A stretch of DNA of 64,000 nt from Alphaproteobacteria bacterium (lineage in GTDB: Bacteria > Pseudomonadota > Alphaproteobacteria > UBA828): the NCBI GenBank assembly GCA_965214705.1, contig OZ243972.1:3488001-3552000 (forward strand). The letters are read 5' to 3'. Shown in pieces: positions 29,385 to 39,434 of the stretch. The position numbers and the translations under genes were made by a program. Numbering within the stretch: the stretch's first letter is position 1; each line of letters begins with the position of its first letter. The notes beneath the pieces are model-generated. The model made no database searches. It was given only the letters and a program-made list of their open reading frames with translations, and was not told the origin of the DNA.

Positions 29385-29730
29385 GGGCACCGGCCGAACG
29401 AACGGGAAAATACAGGAGGTTCCGACGTGGTCGGACGCGGCCGCGGAGGATGCCGGGCAAGGCGTGTGACCGGGCAAGAGTTGGGTCGCCGCTTGGCACC
29501 GTTCTACAGATGGGTCCCGCCTCCCGGAACGTCACCACCGCTTGGATGCGGTATTGGGGTCACGGAGCCGGCAAGCGCCGGAGTTCCGAACCGGATAAGA
29601 GCTGAGCAGCGTGGCGGATCGCTGCGTGGAAACGACGTTCTGCCTGGACATCGGCCGCGGATTCGAGTGGAGAGATTGCGAATGCCATTGACGTAGATGA
29701 AGCCGGGCCTTGCGGAGAGAGCTCATAAGA
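29385..29730 (+). ncRNA. Candidate bridge/seek RNA region of IS110
   Basis: 346-bp non-coding end with short matches to both target and donor junctions (see findings). Confidence 0.6.
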
Positions 29731-31269
29731 ACTCCTGCCGCAACCGCCACTGCCCCACCTGCCAGGGTCTCGCCGCCAACCTCTGGAGCGAGGAGCGCGC
29801 CGGGGACATCCTGCCGGTGCCCTACTTCCATGTGGTCTTCACCCTGCCCAAGGAGGTTGCCGCCATTGCCTTCTGCAACCGCAGGGTGGTGTTCGACATC
29901 CTCTTCCGGGCCGTCGCCGAGACCCTGCGCACCATCGCCGCCGATCCCCGCCACGGCGGCATGCGCATCGGCGGCACCGCGGTCCTCCATACCTGGGATC
30001 AGAAGCTCCGCTTCCACCCGCACCTGCACGTGGTCGTGCCCAACGCGGGCTTCGACGTAGACAGTGGCGAGTGGAAGACGGGGAGCACCACCTTCCTCGC
30101 CCCCGTCAAGGTCCTCGGCAGCCTGTTCCGCCGCCTCTTCCTCGAGGAGCTCGCCCGCGCCCACGGCCGGGGGGACCTGGAGTTCCACGGCACCCTCGCC
30201 CACCTCGCCAATCCCGGCGAGTTCCACGCCACGCTTGCCGCCGCCCGGGCCAGGGACTGGGTGGTCTACGCCAAGCGGCCCTTCCGCGGGCCTGAGCAGG
30301 TCTTCCGGTACCTCTCGCACTACACGCACAGGATCGCCATCTCCGACAGCCGCATCGTCTCCTTCGACGGCGAGACGGTCTCCTTCCGCCACCGAAAGCC
30401 CAAGGCGCCGGGGCAGAGAAAGCCGCGCTACGGCATCGCCACCGTGAGCGCCGACGAGTTCATCCGCCGCTTCCTGAGGCACGTCCTGCCGGACGGCATG
30501 CACCGCATTCGCTACTTCGGCATCCTCGCCAACGGCTGCCGCGCCAGCACGCTGGAGAGAGCACGCCAGGCTCTCGGCGCCCTCGGCTGCGCCGCCCCCG
30601 AGGGAAGCGTGGACGGCGCTCGGGCCGAGCCCGACGAAGAGCCCGAGATCGGCACCGCGCCCGTGGCCTGCCCCCACTGCGGCGGCGTCATGCGCCTCGT
30701 CCGCGAAATCCGCCGCCGCCATGAGCCCCGCTCGACGCGCGGCCCGCCGGCGCTGCCGCCGACCCACAGGGGGAAACCGTGAGACGCCCGCTCGCTTCGG
30801 CCCCGCGCAACGGCGCCAAAGCGCCGACGCACGACCGAACCTGTCTCCGCTTGAGCCGGGCTGACAGCCCTCGGCTCACACCCCGCTCAGTCCTCGCAGC
30901 GTGCGCCCGCATGCCTGCCGAAAGACCGGCGCGAGCGTCGATTTTATGCGCAACTCTGCTGCCGGTGGATGCCGCCTGACGCTGACATCAGCGCACTTTC
31001 CACATAGCTCAACTTCGCCTCTCGTGGCCCGCGGCTTCGTTCAAAAGGGTTGGGCAGGCTCTCGAGAGAGAGCCTGCCCAACCCTTAACCTTGGCAAACG
31101 TGTGCCCAGAAGCTCTTCCCTCCAGTGGAAAGCCGGGCGACTCGACAAGGATTCATCGATCCACCTCGTCCGATCCATCGCAGCAGATAGGAATTCTGGC
31201 TTGCCGACGGCGGTATATGGTATAGGCAAGCAACCGGAGCGCCACGCTAGGCGAAAGGGAGGCACAACG

Positions 31270-32148
31270 GTGTTCAGTATTCTTGATGCGATTATCGCGA
31301 CTGCGCTAGTACTGATTCTCTACGGTTTATCGAGCTTCGCCGTCAGGAAACGGTGGAAGCATAGAGTCGTTTTCAACCCCCTCAAAATTGTATCTGATTC
31401 CAGCGGCAAGGCCAGCTTATCCAGCGCTCAGGTTTTCTTCTTTACCTTGATCGTGCTTTGGTTGGCAATCTACTGGGCGGTACAAGAAGGGGAGCTCATC
31501 TCGATCGACACTTCCGTGCTCGGACTTCTGGGTATTGCGATTGTCGGCGCCGGTGTGGGTAAGATCACAGATTCCACCCGTTTCCGGGCAACTGGCGAGA
31601 ATTGGGCTTGGGCCAAAAGAAAGAAATGGATCAAGCAAGACTTTACGCGTGTGCCCTCTGACCGTAAGCCGGAGATTAGTGACCTGCTTGCCTCTGATCA
31701 AGGATTCGATATTGCTAGATTTCAGGCAGTAGGCTTCTCGTTGGTCGTAGGAATCTCGCTTCTCTACAAGGGCGCCACTGCGGCCGATGCAGAAGCGTTT
31801 TCAAAGTTTGTCATTGACGATGCGTATCTCACTCTCATTGGTGTCAGTCAAGGCGCTTACGTTGGTGGGAAGTATGTTGGCAACAATCTCTTTCGAGAGC
31901 TAAATACGAAACTGGATAAAGTACGATCATTAGAGGTCGCCTTTATTTCATCAGTTGCCACTTCAGCGGAATGGAAAGACCAAGCGGCCCAAGACAGGAC
32001 CTTAGGTCTAGCAAGCCAAACATGCGCGCCAAGTGAGTATACCGCGTATATGAGCAGTGCCACGGAAGCTGCGGAAATCGTTGGAGAGATGACCGGAAAT
32101 CCGATCGAGACCGCCAGCATTGAGCCAGGGCTACCGAGCGTTGCATAG
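31270..32148 (+). CDS. Hypothetical multi-pass membrane protein
   Basis: GTG after GGGAGG; several hydrophobic helices (SLSSAQVFFFT, LGLLGI, RFQAVGFSLVV); low GC. Confidence 0.75.
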   Translation: MFSILDAIIATALVLILYGLSSFAVRKRWKHRVVFNPLKIVSDSSGKASLSSAQVFFFTLIVLWLAIYWAVQEGELISIDTSVLGLLGIAIVGAGVGKITDSTRFRATGENWAWAKRKKWIKQDFTRVPSDRKPEISDLLASDQGFDIARFQAVGFSLVVGISLLYKGATAADAEAFSKFVIDDAYLTLIGVSQGAYVGGKYVGNNLFRELNTKLDKVRSLEVAFISSVATSAEWKDQAAQDRTLGLASQTCAPSEYTAYMSSATEAAEIVGEMTGNPIETASIEPGLPSVA

Positions 32149-32263
32149 TATCTTTAGTCGATCTGAAGGAAGCTTGGATGTTGCCAAGGAACAGTAGATG
32201 GCGAAATATACATGAATGTGATTGAAGCGCCATGTCCTGGATGACTTTGTGGAGACCTGAGAA

Positions 32264-33127
32264 ATGAGAGGCCTTGCGAGCATTTTCTTGAGCGGTGTTC
32301 TGCTGGTGTCATTGAGCGCGTGCGCTGGGTTTCGCGCATTTCCAGAAGCACCATTCGAGTCCACGGGGCAATTGGAATCTACGAGATTCGCTTTCCTTCC
32401 GGAGACCTACGAGAAATACTATAGTGCGACGGGTGTCGAAAAAATAAACTTACGAAACGAAATCATAAACGCTCAGATTCGGGCTTATGATATACGGTTT
32501 CAGGAATATGAACAGAACTTGTTCGATCTAGGTATCGGGTTGGGTGTGGGAACGGATTGGGCTTCTCTCGCATTGAGTGGTCTTACGGCAACTGTCGGAA
32601 ACGCATCTACCAAGGCAGCGTTGGGAGCGGCGAATTCCGGCCTAGTAGGCGCCAAGGGTGCACTGGACAAGCATCTTTTCATGGAAAAGACGTTGCCTGT
32701 GATTATGACAGAAATGGCGAATCAGCGCAGCGCAGCGTTGTTGCAAATTCGTGCGGGGCTGAATGAAGAAGACGTGAATAAATATTCATTGGATCAAGCG
32801 TTGGGTGATATTCAGAGATACGCACGTGCCGGATCAATCGTGGCGGCCTTGACAGGTATTGCGGCAAACTCAGGAAGCGAGCTAGAAAGCAACAACAATA
32901 AGTTGAACCAGCTAACAACATTTTCCTACCTTAGGGATGCCGCAGGAGATAAGCTGCGAAGCTTTTGGAAGCCCGGCGGCGAAGTGAATGCAGAGAATGC
33001 GAATAAAATAAAGTCGGAAATGGAAAACTTGGGTCTGGCAACTGGGGCAGGACGACTAGCTAATTTTGTTAGAGCCGCAGAGTTTGCTGATCTTCGAGTA
33101 GAAGTCGTCAAGAGATTGGGTTTGTAG
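32264..33127 (+). CDS. Hypothetical lipoprotein
   Basis: Signal peptide with lipobox LSAC; low GC. Confidence 0.75.
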   Translation: MRGLASIFLSGVLLVSLSACAGFRAFPEAPFESTGQLESTRFAFLPETYEKYYSATGVEKINLRNEIINAQIRAYDIRFQEYEQNLFDLGIGLGVGTDWASLALSGLTATVGNASTKAALGAANSGLVGAKGALDKHLFMEKTLPVIMTEMANQRSAALLQIRAGLNEEDVNKYSLDQALGDIQRYARAGSIVAALTGIAANSGSELESNNNKLNQLTTFSYLRDAAGDKLRSFWKPGGEVNAENANKIKSEMENLGLATGAGRLANFVRAAEFADLRVEVVKRLGL

Positions 33128-33147
33128 GGAAGGAAGGAGAACCTGCA

Positions 33148-33294
33148 ATGGCGCCAACGTACACGATGGAGGGCATCCCGACCGAAGGGGAGGCTGATGA
33201 AGTCGTGAGCGACTATCAGTCTGATGGTTGTAGTGCCACTAAGGAACAGCAGCCGGACGGAAAGTGGAGGGTGGTTGCGGAGTGTCCTGAATGA
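33148..33294 (+). CDS. 48-aa acidic small protein (absent from the ORF track)
   Basis: AAGGAGA RBS; MAPTYTMEGIPTEGEADEVVSDYQSDGCSATKEQQPDGKWRVVAECPE. Confidence 0.65.
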   Translation: MAPTYTMEGIPTEGEADEVVSDYQSDGCSATKEQQPDGKWRVVAECPE

Positions 33295-33748
33295 TGGCGT
33301 ACTGGTTTTACAATTTGGGCAATTGCCTGACAGCTGGAGGTGTCGGTTTGGTGTAGGAAGCGAAGGTGCTGCCGTGGAGTGTGGAACTCAACGGGTAGTG
33401 ATTTCGTCGTCACCCTGTGGGCGCGGCTTCGTGCACCGACGCCAGGCCCTTTTCGTCCGGCGCCAGATACCCGTCGGCCAGAAGTTTGTAGGTCTCCAGC
33501 TCGTCCCTGCGCAGATTCTCCCGGTCGCTTTTGGCGACGGGAAGGCGAAGAGCCCGGAGGTGGCGAGGGAAGTAGACATGGAGCGTGGCAGGGACCGGAA
33601 CGCGGGGCGATCGCCAGAGCCGGATAGGACCCCGGAACCGAAGTCGGCCGAGCGCGAATTGGAGCTGCAACAGAGAGCCGCAATTCCACCGATGCGGGGA
33701 ATCCACCTGAAACATGCCGGAGGCGGACGGTGATGGTGCAAGGCGACG

Positions 33749-36700
33749 CTATCCTGCCCTCCACGGCAGCAGGGCTTCGGAGATCCTCTGCGCGGTAAAG
33801 TTCTTCGCCAGCAGTTTTTCGTTCTCCGATATCGCGCTCTTGAGATGATTCCGCTCGTGTTCGAAGAATCGTTGCTTTGCCGATTCGATGGGCCCGTTGC
33901 TTGCCGTGTATCGGTCGTAATCCTTGAAGAGCCAGGTGCGGATGCGTCGGTCGCTGCAGGCGGTGAACAGGACCCAGGAAGCGTGAGCGGTCTCGGGGGT
34001 ATCCGCTTCCGCAAACTTGCGCAGCCAGTGGGCGGCGAACGCCTCTCTCTGGCCCAAGATCCATGACTGGCGACGGATCTCCTGGTACCCGCCAATGGGC
34101 TCGCTGCTTGGCCAGGCTTCATTGCCCGCGATGTCTGGACGGGTGAGCAGGGGCCGCAGGAACGCCGCACGACGCCTGTGGGCCGGATAGTGCGAGAGCT
34201 CGTCTCGGGACACCATCCGTTCCAGCCAGTCGACCCGGCCTGAACGGCGCGCCGCGACGAGGATGTCCCACAGGTCGTCATCGGTGGGGGATTCGTCGGG
34301 CGAGTAGAGGTCGGCGAGGACTGCATCCACTGGGGAACATGGCGGTGCAGCAAACGGGGCGTATTTCAGCCTGTCGACTCCTGTCCCGTCGATGAACCGG
34401 GTGGCCAAGGATGGTCGCAAGATACGCCAAAGAGGAATGCCGCGGGATGGGTCGCGTTTCAGGACCGCCTCGCACAAGCCGACGAAAAAGCCTTCCGCCA
34501 GCCGGACCCTTCTGCGGAATTCGGCGGAAGGCGGGTCCATGCCTTCAAGCCATCGCTCAAGCGCTTCCGGATAGAGATCGAGAATGAGGTCGAAGTCTTC
34601 CGGCTCGAAGTGAGCATGGAGAAGCTGTGCGCCGCTCCGCCGAGCCTGCCTGACTGCATCAATGTACGACCGAATAATCTCTTGTCGGCGCTCCGCGTAT
34701 TGCTCCGGACGACTGGCGCGTTCGAAGAACGAGAGGATATCGTCGCGGTTGCCGCGATCTTCGACGATGTCGCCGATCGTGAAGTTGTAGTTGCCGGTGG
34801 CGGCCGCCTCGTAGTCGTGAAAGATGTCGAGGCCCGATTCGGGGGCGTCTTCGCGGTACTGGAAGAGCGCGGCCGAGAGCAAATCGCCGGCGAGCTTTGC
34901 TTCTTTTCGTGACCGCTCGTCCTGCGCCAGGGCTTCAAGCAGCTGGGAGGGCGCGAGCTGCGCCGCGAAGTCCGAAAAACTGGAACCACGGTTCGAGGCG
35001 GCGATGGCCTTCGAACCCATGATGTTCTCCATGTCCGGCTTGGAGGACGACCATGACCAGCTCGCTCGGTCGAGGAGATGTCCCAAGCGTTCGGGAGCGT
35101 TGGAGCCAAGCAGCCACCATGCCGCTCCGCAAGCGCCGTCGGCATCGTCGGAGAAAAGGAGCTCGGAGAAGGCGTCGAACGAGCGTTGACTGAGGTCCAG
35201 GTCGTGCTCGGCGAGAACGGTTGCCAATCGGCGCAACATCCGGTCGTCCCCGTGGGTGGAATCGACCAGATGATCGAGTTCGCTGGCGGACGGGGAATCG
35301 CAGGCGCGTCCGAGCTCCAGGACCAAGACCTCCAGATCGGAATTCAAGATTCTCGTTACCTGATCCGTGGGGGACAAGGGCTGCATTTCAGCGATAAGCA
35401 GGTTGGTCTGGATCGCGCGATCGTCCTGGTCCGGCTCGCCGCTCACGCGCTCTCTCAAAGCTTGTAGAGCTTTGCCTTCGTCGCCCCCCACGAGGAGCAT
35501 GGATTGCGGTGCGACGAGTGCGGAACCGAAACGCTCATCAGCGGAGCGGTCCGCGAATTGCTGCAGGCGCGTGCGTTCGCAGTCGGCGAGGCGGCTTGGA
35601 GCGCATCGTGCAAGAGCGAGAGACAGGCGTTCCCACCGGAGATCTTCGGACGTCCGGCCACGGCCGGTTGCTGTCCGACTGAAGTCGAAGCTCTCGGAAA
35701 TCGACGCCAGCTCGTCGACGAAGGCTTGGGGAACGTCAAAACTCGGGTCGAGCAACGCATCCTTTGCTCTGTCGATCCGGCCAAACATGGCAAGTGTCTT
35801 GTCGCAAAGCACCATCGCGGCGTGCCTTCGTTCGAGGCGGAAGAAAGACCGGGATGGATCAGGGATGTAGTCGGTCTCGTACTGATGGTAGTGATCGATC
35901 TTCGGGTCCGTCCTCCAGGCCTCCTCTGCATCTTCGGAGTAGCCGGTTCGCCACAGCAGCAAGGAGGCGATCCGAGCGTTGAGGCCGCGATGATGGCCGG
36001 CTTGGGGGGTAAGTGATCGTATCGTTTGCGACGCGGATCGCAGCGTGGCGGCGGTCTGTTGAGGGTCGACGCTATTGAGAATGTTGAGCCAGGACAGGGG
36101 CTCCTGTGGAACGCCTCCGCCAACAACAGCAGAGTGAATTGCGCCGCGAACGAAAAACTCGATGGCGGACTCGAGTGGGCGGCCCTGCAAGAGCTGCGCG
36201 GCAGCGACGATCAAGTCGTCGTCGGTTCGCTCGACGATCTCGAACTCGCGGTCGGCGATGGTGACGGGACCGGATTCCGCTGTGCCAATGCGCTCCTTGA
36301 GCCGTCTGCATCGTTGTGCATGGAAGGAGTCCTCGCCTCGATCGGACCTATCTCCCCGGATTTCGAGAGAGATGTAGCTCTGCCATCTGGATCCGCGTTC
36401 GGCGATGGTGGCTGCAACGCGGGAATCGGTCGGGTCGACGGTGGCGACGGCAGCGATAGCAATCTGCCTTGGCGTCGTGAGGGAATGCCCGGTGGAGGCT
36501 TCGATGACATCGAGCATCGGCGTCACTAGCTCGGGTGCCAGAATCTCCACGTCGCCCAGATGTGTCTCAGGGAGGTTCTGAGAATGAAGCCAACGGGTAC
36601 ATAGAGTGCCGAGCCACGCCGGTAATTCGACGTCGTGTCGCAGAAGGGCGATGCTCACTGCGGCACGGAGAATCTCGGCACGGTCGTCATAGCCCGCTAT

Positions 36701-38431
36701 GGGGTCGAGAAACTGGTCAAGGGTTGTTGTTGGTTGTTCGCCCGAATCGGCCTTTTCCAATTTGGAAACGAGGGCGAGACCTAGGGCGTGAGATACGAAA
36801 TCGGGGTCGAAATGCGGATCACCGTCTCGGTCCAGGGTGGTGAATATGCCGTCGATCACGCCTGAAACGCGATGGTAGAGCTGATCCGGCGACCGCGTGG
36901 TCGACGCGGTCAGGGTCTCGATACGTCGACGCGTCGAGAGATGGACGCCGTTTCTGTAGTCTGTTGCCAGTTCCAACAGGAACTGCCGCCATTCCTGCTC
37001 GCTGAATGCGCCCACCGATGAATCCTGAATTGCGGACGCGCCGTATGCCCAAAGAAGGCGGTGGACGGTGATATCTGCAACGCTGCCCAGGTCGGACCTC
37101 AGACGGACAATGAGATCGAACATGCGCGGAACCGCGGCGTGGCGGATGAGGTGATCGGACAAGTCGTCACGGGAAAGTGCGGCGAGCGCCAGTTTGCGGT
37201 CGAATTCGCCGCCGGGAGCCAGGTCGTAGCTCCCGATGTCGATCCGATAGGGGGAAGCGATTAGGCGCCGTAGCCCGTGGAGGCGTTCCTCGAAGAAGGT
37301 CGTGCGTGTGGAAATGAGCGTTCGGGTACGTTGATGGAAAGGAGCGTCTTCCAACTGTTCAAGAGGACCGGTCCAGTCGCGAGAAGGTTGCTGGTTCAGC
37401 CCGTCGAAAAACAAGAAGAAGACGGAACCTTCGTCGGCTGGTCGGGAGAGAAGGCGCGCGACCCGCTCCTCCCAATACGAAACATCGCGCACGCCCGATA
37501 CTTCGTGCAGGTAGCGGGCAATGAAATTCACCGGATTGCCTTCCTCGGGATGGGCGCTGCCGAGGGCTGAGGACGGAGCGAGCACGACGATCGGCAAACG
37601 GTCCAGCCGAGATTGGAGCCAATCAAGTGCGGCCCAGGTCTTGCCGACGCCATCGCGGCCGAGCAATGCAGCGATTTCACCCCCGTCGGAGCTATCGAAC
37701 CAGTCGTCCAGGCGATCAAACGAGTGTGAGCGGCGCACGTGTTGCGCGGCTTCTTCGCCACCGGCCACGTTCTGGTGGAACTTCGCCTGCGCTCTTTGGC
37801 GCGAACTCCAGATGTCGCGGACACGTCTGTGACTGGCATCGCGAACCGCGTCGTAGCCGATCAACCAGCTTCGGCACTCTCTCTCGATGGCCTCCAGCGT
37901 GGGAGCGTAGCCGGGCAACTCGGCGATCTGCTCGAGCAGGGCTCTGTGTCGCTGGCCGAACTCGTCACCGAAATGGTCGGGGCAGGTCGCGGCGAGGACG
38001 GCGAGTTTGGGTAGCGGACACCGCAACCAATCGATTGAGATGGCGCCGATGCCGAGCTCAAGGGCCGTGTCGTCCATGGCGTCCTGGAGCTGCTGCGGGA
38101 CTTCAAGGGTTGTAACGAGAATCCAGGCTTCGAGATCGGGGTGGCGTCTGGCGGCCTGGGTGATTTCGCCGAGGATGGCACGTTCATCCAGCCTCGTGTC
38201 AGGACCGTAGCGGCGGGCTTCGAATACAAGACTTCGTCCGCTGGTGGCCGAGGCGCCCCCATCTCCCCCTCCCTGATCACCGGAGCGGGCATGCCGGAAT
38301 GAAGCACTTAGCAATGACCCGAGAGCAAACTGTGCGAGGCGTTCCAGAGCGCGCGGGGGTGCGTGCGAAATGATCGAGCGAAATTCGTCGCACGGGTCAC
38401 GAAGTCCGGTGTTCTCGCTCGCAATGGTCAT
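33749..38431 (-). CDS. 1560-aa protein: N-terminal restriction-endonuclease-like domain, STAND/NACHT-like NTPase, long helical C-terminus
   Basis: GGDG...FEARRY (PD-(D/E)xK-like), Walker A GRDGVGKT, Walker B FFDGLNQ, ISTR. Confidence 0.75.
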   Translation of the reverse strand: MTIASENTGLRDPCDEFRSIISHAPPRALERLAQFALGSLLSASFRHARSGDQGGGDGGASATSGRSLVFEARRYGPDTRLDERAILGEITQAARRHPDLEAWILVTTLEVPQQLQDAMDDTALELGIGAISIDWLRCPLPKLAVLAATCPDHFGDEFGQRHRALLEQIAELPGYAPTLEAIERECRSWLIGYDAVRDASHRRVRDIWSSRQRAQAKFHQNVAGGEEAAQHVRRSHSFDRLDDWFDSSDGGEIAALLGRDGVGKTWAALDWLQSRLDRLPIVVLAPSSALGSAHPEEGNPVNFIARYLHEVSGVRDVSYWEERVARLLSRPADEGSVFFLFFDGLNQQPSRDWTGPLEQLEDAPFHQRTRTLISTRTTFFEERLHGLRRLIASPYRIDIGSYDLAPGGEFDRKLALAALSRDDLSDHLIRHAAVPRMFDLIVRLRSDLGSVADITVHRLLWAYGASAIQDSSVGAFSEQEWRQFLLELATDYRNGVHLSTRRRIETLTASTTRSPDQLYHRVSGVIDGIFTTLDRDGDPHFDPDFVSHALGLALVSKLEKADSGEQPTTTLDQFLDPIAGYDDRAEILRAAVSIALLRHDVELPAWLGTLCTRWLHSQNLPETHLGDVEILAPELVTPMLDVIEASTGHSLTTPRQIAIAAVATVDPTDSRVAATIAERGSRWQSYISLEIRGDRSDRGEDSFHAQRCRRLKERIGTAESGPVTIADREFEIVERTDDDLIVAAAQLLQGRPLESAIEFFVRGAIHSAVVGGGVPQEPLSWLNILNSVDPQQTAATLRSASQTIRSLTPQAGHHRGLNARIASLLLWRTGYSEDAEEAWRTDPKIDHYHQYETDYIPDPSRSFFRLERRHAAMVLCDKTLAMFGRIDRAKDALLDPSFDVPQAFVDELASISESFDFSRTATGRGRTSEDLRWERLSLALARCAPSRLADCERTRLQQFADRSADERFGSALVAPQSMLLVGGDEGKALQALRERVSGEPDQDDRAIQTNLLIAEMQPLSPTDQVTRILNSDLEVLVLELGRACDSPSASELDHLVDSTHGDDRMLRRLATVLAEHDLDLSQRSFDAFSELLFSDDADGACGAAWWLLGSNAPERLGHLLDRASWSWSSSKPDMENIMGSKAIAASNRGSSFSDFAAQLAPSQLLEALAQDERSRKEAKLAGDLLSAALFQYREDAPESGLDIFHDYEAAATGNYNFTIGDIVEDRGNRDDILSFFERASRPEQYAERRQEIIRSYIDAVRQARRSGAQLLHAHFEPEDFDLILDLYPEALERWLEGMDPPSAEFRRRVRLAEGFFVGLCEAVLKRDPSRGIPLWRILRPSLATRFIDGTGVDRLKYAPFAAPPCSPVDAVLADLYSPDESPTDDDLWDILVAARRSGRVDWLERMVSRDELSHYPAHRRRAAFLRPLLTRPDIAGNEAWPSSEPIGGYQEIRRQSWILGQREAFAAHWLRKFAEADTPETAHASWVLFTACSDRRIRTWLFKDYDRYTASNGPIESAKQRFFEHERNHLKSAISENEKLLAKNFTAQRISEALLPWRAG

Positions 38432-38444
38432 CGGCGATTGGCGG

Positions 38445-38782
38445 TTAGCTCGAGGATGTGTGGAGTGTGGAGTGTCCGAGTAGTCGCGAAGGGCAGACGA
38501 GAGTCAAGTGTCGCAGGAAGCGGGAGACGAGGGCGACGGCGATGCCGGCGATCACGGCGAGCGGGAACAGATCTATCAGCCTGCGCACCGCTCCGCGGCG
38601 GGTGAACGGCACGAAGGCCGTCACCGGATCGAACCGCCTGATTTTGGGGTCGCCAGCTAGCTTGCACAGGACCTGGTAGCGGTAGCTGACGAGGGCGAAA
38701 ACCGCGATCCCGCCGAAGAACGCTACATCGGTCGCATGGCCGTTCGCGACGGCATGGGCCACCGCCATCAGCGTCACACCCA
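38445..38782 (-). pseudogene. NnrU-like membrane protein C-terminal fragment
   Basis: AVAHAVANG...FFGG...TAFVPF resembles NnrU; N-terminus absent. Confidence 0.5.
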
Positions 38783-38845
38783 TGAACCCGCCGGACCGCC
38801 CGGCGCCCTTACGCGCGACGCGTATGGCTGACCGGACGGCGCCGG

Positions 38846-39154
38846 TCAGCCCGCGACGTGCAGGTCGTTGCCGGCGTCGAGGGTCGGTAGCCGGGCGATC
38901 GCCGCGCCGTTCTCCCGCTCCGCGCACCGCAGCTCGTAGAGCTTCTGGAGGTTGAGCCAGAACTCGCCCGAGGTCCCGAAGAAGTGCCCCAGGCGCAACG
39001 CCGTGTCGCCGGTGACCGAGCGCCGGCCGTTGAGAATCTCGGTGATGCGGTTCACCGGCACCTCGATGCGCCGCGCAAGCTCCGCTGCGCTCATCCCCAG
39101 CGCGTCGAGGTCCTCGCGCAGCGTCTCGCCCGGATGAATTGGCTCGCGCATCAT
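38846..39154 (-). CDS. higA: HigA antitoxin
   Basis: PIHPGETLRED...VPVNRITEILNGRRSVTGDTALRL...FWLNLQ. Confidence 0.93.
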   Translation of the reverse strand: MMREPIHPGETLREDLDALGMSAAELARRIEVPVNRITEILNGRRSVTGDTALRLGHFFGTSGEFWLNLQKLYELRCAERENGAAIARLPTLDAGNDLHVAG

Positions 39155-39164
39155 GTGCCTCCTC

Positions 39165-39434
39165 TCAATGGTAGTCGACGAACTCCACCCCGGTCGGGCC
39201 GGGGCTGCCCTCGGGCCATTCGAAGCAGATCCGCCTCTGGTCGTTGATGCGGATGCTCCACTGCCCCTTGCGCGCTTCGAGACGGTTGCCGGGGCGCGCC
39301 AAGTCCCCGAGTGCCGTGGCCGCGTCGAGCTGGTCGAGCTTGCGCGAGGCGGTCCGCGCGAAACCGGAAAAGGCCGCGACCCGGCGCCCGCGATAGAACG
39401 CATCGGTCCTCCTGTACCTGAAGCCGACGATCAC
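39165..39434 (-). CDS. higB: HigB (RelE/ParE family) toxin
   Basis: PGNRLE...WSIRINDQRRICFEW...VEFVDYH; some degeneration possible. Confidence 0.85.
   Translation of the reverse strand: MIVGFRYRRTDAFYRGRRVAAFSGFARTASRKLDQLDAATALGDLARPGNRLEARKGQWSIRINDQRRICFEWPEGSPGPTGVEFVDYH

Larger units (their letters stand above)
28081..29730 (+). mobile_element. IS110-family (IS1111-like layout) element, 1650 bp
   Basis: Defined by comparison with intact copies (CTCTTCA|ACTCC, 1-bp ambiguity); short subterminal IR ATGAGC/GCTCAT; no target duplication. Confidence 0.9.
27891..30782 (+). pseudogene. IS91 transposase split by IS110 at ...HPLF|NSCRNRH
   Basis: 27891-28080 and 29731-30782 match the intact copies. 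Confidence 0.9.
26775..31090 (+). mobile_element. IS91-like/tyrosine recombinase element, type A copy 3 (inverted, interrupted by IS110)
   Basis: Starts TTGAACGAAGCCGC, ends ...CCCAACCCTTAACC; 4316 bp = 2666 + 1650. Confidence 0.92.

Noticed and set aside
758-31090. Recurring 42-50 bp palindrome as a CRISPR repeat or integron attC
   Set aside because: Copies are kilobases apart, there are no spacers or cas genes, and they sit at mobile-element termini
30901-31269. N-terminal extension of the 415-aa ORF
   Set aside because: Reads through the element end and hairpin; the real start is probably GTG 31270
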